From: an uncultured Coriobacteriaceae bacterium
GTDB taxonomy: Bacteria; Actinomycetota; Coriobacteriia; Coriobacteriales; Eggerthellaceae
Direction of reading: 5' to 3'
Assembly (NCBI GenBank): GCA_937937585.1
Contig: CALDCB010000005.1
Location: 10,935 to 74,934, forward strand
DNA length: 64,000 bases
Shown: one piece after another, positions 61,397 to 64,000 of the stretch
Numbering within the stretch: the stretch's first letter is position 1
Layout of the letters: each line of letters opens with the position of its first letter
Notes under the pieces: model-generated
The model's database searches: none
What the model was told of the DNA's origin: nothing
What the model saw: only the letters and a program-made list of their open reading frames with translations
Position numbers and translations under genes: made by a program

Positions 61397-64000
61397 ATGG
61401 CATTCGTTCATCTGCATAATCATACGGAGTACTCCCTGCTTGATGGCATGACGCACGTCAAAGACATGGTGAAACGAGCGGCTGAGCTGGGCATGCCCGC
61501 CGTTGCCATCACCGATCACGGCGTCATGTCGGGCGTGCCCGAGTTGTGTGAGGCGTGCGAACAGGTCGAGAAGGAAACGGGCAAGCATGTCAAGCCCATC
61601 TATGGCTGTGAGGTTTATTTCACCACCGACGACGAGCTTCGTCGCGACGGAAAACCAAAACTCTACCACTTGCTTCTTCTGGCGAAGACCAACGAGGGTT
61701 ACCACAATCTTTTGAAGCTGGTCAGCGAATCGCACGTGGACAACTTCTACTACAAGCCCCGTACCACGTATGCAATGCTGCAGAAGTACGGCAAGGGCAT
61801 CATCGGCTCGTCGGCTTGCATCGCGGGCATCATCCCGAAGTATCTGGACAACCGAGATTTCGACGGCGCAGTTGAATGGGCGCGCAAACTTGCGGCCTGC
61901 TTTGACGACGGCGACTTCTACATCGAGCTTCAGAACCAGAACATCATGACCGACGGCGGCCTTACGCAGACTCAGCTCAATCACGAGCTCAATCGTGTGG
62001 CCCAGACTATCGGTGCGAAAACCATCGCCACCAACGACTTCCATTACCTCGTTCGCGAAGATGCTCAAGCGCACGACGTCCTGCTGTGCATCGGCACCGG
62101 TTCGAAGGTGAACGAAGAGAAGCGCATGCGCTTCCCGAACGACGAGTTCTATATGAAGACCGAGGACGAGATGCGCGAGGCCTTCAGGGACTTCCCCGAG
62201 GCATGCGACAACACCGTCGAGTTGGCAGAGAAGTGCAACGTCGAGCTTGAACGCGACGAGATTTTGCCGCGATTCCCGTTACCCGAGGGCTACACCGAGG
62301 AGATGCTGTTCCGTGAGGAATGCGAGAAAGGCCTCGAGCATCGTTACGGCCCTGATTGGCGCAACGTCACCATCGCAGACAATACCGGCAAAGAGAAGTC
62401 GGTCAAAGAGCAGTACGAATACGAAGCCAACATCATCGTCCAGCAGGGATTCCCGGCATACTTCCTGATCGTTCAGGAATACATCCGCTGGGCGCGCGAG
62501 CATGGCATCGGTGTTGGCCCGGGCCGTGGTTCGGCTGCTGGTTCGTTGTGCACGTACGCCATGGGCATCACCGACCTCGACCCCATCAAGAACGGTCTAA
62601 TGTTCGAACGCTTCTTGAACCCCGAACGCGTGGAGATGCCCGATATCGATGTCGACTTCGACGACCAACATCGTCAGGACGTCATCGAGCACATTCGCGA
62701 GTTCTATGGCGAAGACCATGTTGCAGGTGTTATCACCTTCGGCAAACTGCAGGCAAAGAACGCCATTCGTGACGCAGCGCGCGTGCTTGACTATCCCTAC
62801 GGCGTGGGCGACCGTATCTGCAAGATGGTCGGCGACGAGTTGGGCATCACCATTGACAAGGCGCTCTCTGGGAACGCCGACCTGAAGAAGGCATACGACA
62901 CCGAGGAAGACGTCAAGCGCGTCATCGACGCCGCATTGGGCATCGAGGGTCACCTTCGTGGCGAAGGCGTTCATGCATGCGCCACCATCATCTGTCGCGA
63001 TCCGATGAGCGACCACGTTGCCATGAAGCGCGATACCAAGGGCGGTGGCATCATCACGCAGTACGACGGCCACTACACGCCTACGCTGGGCCTCCTGAAG
63101 ATGGACTTCCTGGGTTTGCGCACGCTGGGCGTGCTTTCGCGCGCGTGCTTGAACATCGAGGAGACCACGGGTGCGCATATCGTGCCCGAGGAAATCCCCA
63201 TTGAAGACGATCGCGCTTTCGCGCTGATGCGCGGCGAGCTTCGCAACCGCGGTCAGGTCATGAACATGGACGGCCTGTTCCAGGTTGAGGGCGGCCTATA
63301 CGTCAGTCTGTTCGCTCAGATCCCACCGCAGCGATTCTCGGACGTCGTCGCTTCGATCGCGCTTAATCGCCCGGGCCCGTTGGAGTCCGGCATGGTTGAG
63401 GACTACGTCAAGGTTGTTCAAGGTAAAACGCCTGTTCACTATTACGACGAGCGTCTTCGCCCCGTTCTTGAGGAGACGTACGGCACCATGGTCTACCAAG
63501 AGCAGATCATGCAGGTGTCCATGGTCATGAGCGGCTTTTCGGCAGGTAAGGCAGATAAGCTGCGCAAGGCAATGGGTAAGAAGAAACTCGATATCATGCG
63601 CCTGCTTCAGGACGACTGGAACAACGGCGCGGTCGAGAACGGATACTCGCTTGAGATCGCCAAGGAAATTTGGAACGACGCCGAGAAATTCGCAAAGTAC
63701 GCATTCAATAAGTCGCACTCGGCTGCGTATGCCCTGTTGGTCATGCGCACGGCGTACCTGAAAGCACATTACCCGGCGGAATACATGTCGGCGGTTCTTT
63801 CCAGCTACATGGGCGCAACCGACAAGCTGGTCCGCTATATCGCAAGCTGCACGAAGTCGGGCATCAAGGTTTTGCCGCCCGACGTCAATTCGTCGAAGGC
63901 CGAGTTCACGCCTATCAACGGTGACATCCGCTTCGGTCTGGTTGGCGTGCGCGGCGTTGGCCAGGCGGTTGCCGACGCCATCATCGCCGAGCGCGAGGCC
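61397..64000 (+). CDS. dnaE: DNA polymerase III alpha subunit, N-terminal ~868 aa (3' end beyond window)
   Basis: MAFVHLHNHTEYSLLDG PHP-domain start, GVGPGRGSAAGS, MPDIDVDF, and KMDFLGLRTL. Frame is open to the window end. Confidence 0.95.
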   Translation, partial: MAFVHLHNHTEYSLLDGMTHVKDMVKRAAELGMPAVAITDHGVMSGVPELCEACEQVEKETGKHVKPIYGCEVYFTTDDELRRDGKPKLYHLLLLAKTNEGYHNLLKLVSESHVDNFYYKPRTTYAMLQKYGKGIIGSSACIAGIIPKYLDNRDFDGAVEWARKLAACFDDGDFYIELQNQNIMTDGGLTQTQLNHELNRVAQTIGAKTIATNDFHYLVREDAQAHDVLLCIGTGSKVNEEKRMRFPNDEFYMKTEDEMREAFRDFPEACDNTVELAEKCNVELERDEILPRFPLPEGYTEEMLFREECEKGLEHRYGPDWRNVTIADNTGKEKSVKEQYEYEANIIVQQGFPAYFLIVQEYIRWAREHGIGVGPGRGSAAGSLCTYAMGITDLDPIKNGLMFERFLNPERVEMPDIDVDFDDQHRQDVIEHIREFYGEDHVAGVITFGKLQAKNAIRDAARVLDYPYGVGDRICKMVGDELGITIDKALSGNADLKKAYDTEEDVKRVIDAALGIEGHLRGEGVHACATIICRDPMSDHVAMKRDTKGGGIITQYDGHYTPTLGLLKMDFLGLRTLGVLSRACLNIEETTGAHIVPEEIPIEDDRAFALMRGELRNRGQVMNMDGLFQVEGGLYVSLFAQIPPQRFSDVVASIALNRPGPLESGMVEDYVKVVQGKTPVHYYDERLRPVLEETYGTMVYQEQIMQVSMVMSGFSAGKADKLRKAMGKKKLDIMRLLQDDWNNGAVENGYSLEIAKEIWNDAEKFAKYAFNKSHSAAYALLVMRTAYLKAHYPAEYMSAVLSSYMGATDKLVRYIASCTKSGIKVLPPDVNSSKAEFTPINGDIRFGLVGVRGVGQAVADAIIAEREA

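Overview
GC-rich Gram-positive chromosomal segment. Gene content and order look like Coriobacteriia/Actinomycetota, with a Firmicutes-like tsaC-rpiB-glyA-atp arrangement. This taxonomic call is an inference from the sequence, not a database hit. I call about 51 protein-coding genes, almost all core housekeeping. In order: aconitase 3' end; an uncharacterised membrane-anchored protein; two tandem paralogous DASS/IT-type permeases; rplJ-rplL; a DUF4013-like membrane protein; a minus-strand SmtB/CzrA-type regulator + HMA metallochaperone + P1B-2 (Zn/Cd-type) ATPase operon with a clear promoter/operator; murB; a 1314-aa sortase-anchored surface protein (NlpC/P60 + SpaA/CnaB domains + four VaFE/ester-bond repeats); glmS; acpS; nnrD; ligA; a glutaredoxin-like protein; a gamma-CA/LbH protein; an SPFH protein; yebC; ruvCAB; csp; queA-queH (minus) and tgt; a secDF fusion; DUF1292; an AddB/AddA-type helicase-nuclease pair; a truncated Hcp-like protein; two poorly characterised flavoproteins; a TsaC-alpha/beta-hydrolase fusion; glpK; rpiB; glyA; dCMP deaminase; the complete atpIBEFHAGDC operon; a BspA-type LRR protein; and the 5' two-thirds of dnaE. 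I found no rRNA, tRNA, CRISPR array, transposase, integrase or recognisable defence island. I cannot point to one unambiguous novel system. The most unusual items are: (1) the stalked, wall-anchored NlpC/P60 protein between murB and glmS; (2) a domain-deleted Hcp/CODH-superfamily protein that appears to lack cluster ligands; (3) the TsaC-hydrolase fusion translationally coupled to glpK; (4) a perfect 34-bp palindrome with a GAAC-N4-GTTC core over the addBA promoter, with a probable leaderless start; (5) an ordered array of GCATCC-containing repeats in a convergent intergenic region; (6) gene-conversion tracts between the two tandem permeases. Many long antisense ORFs in the track are GC-composition artefacts. 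All coordinates and motifs were read by eye, and family names come from recalled signature motifs, not searches.
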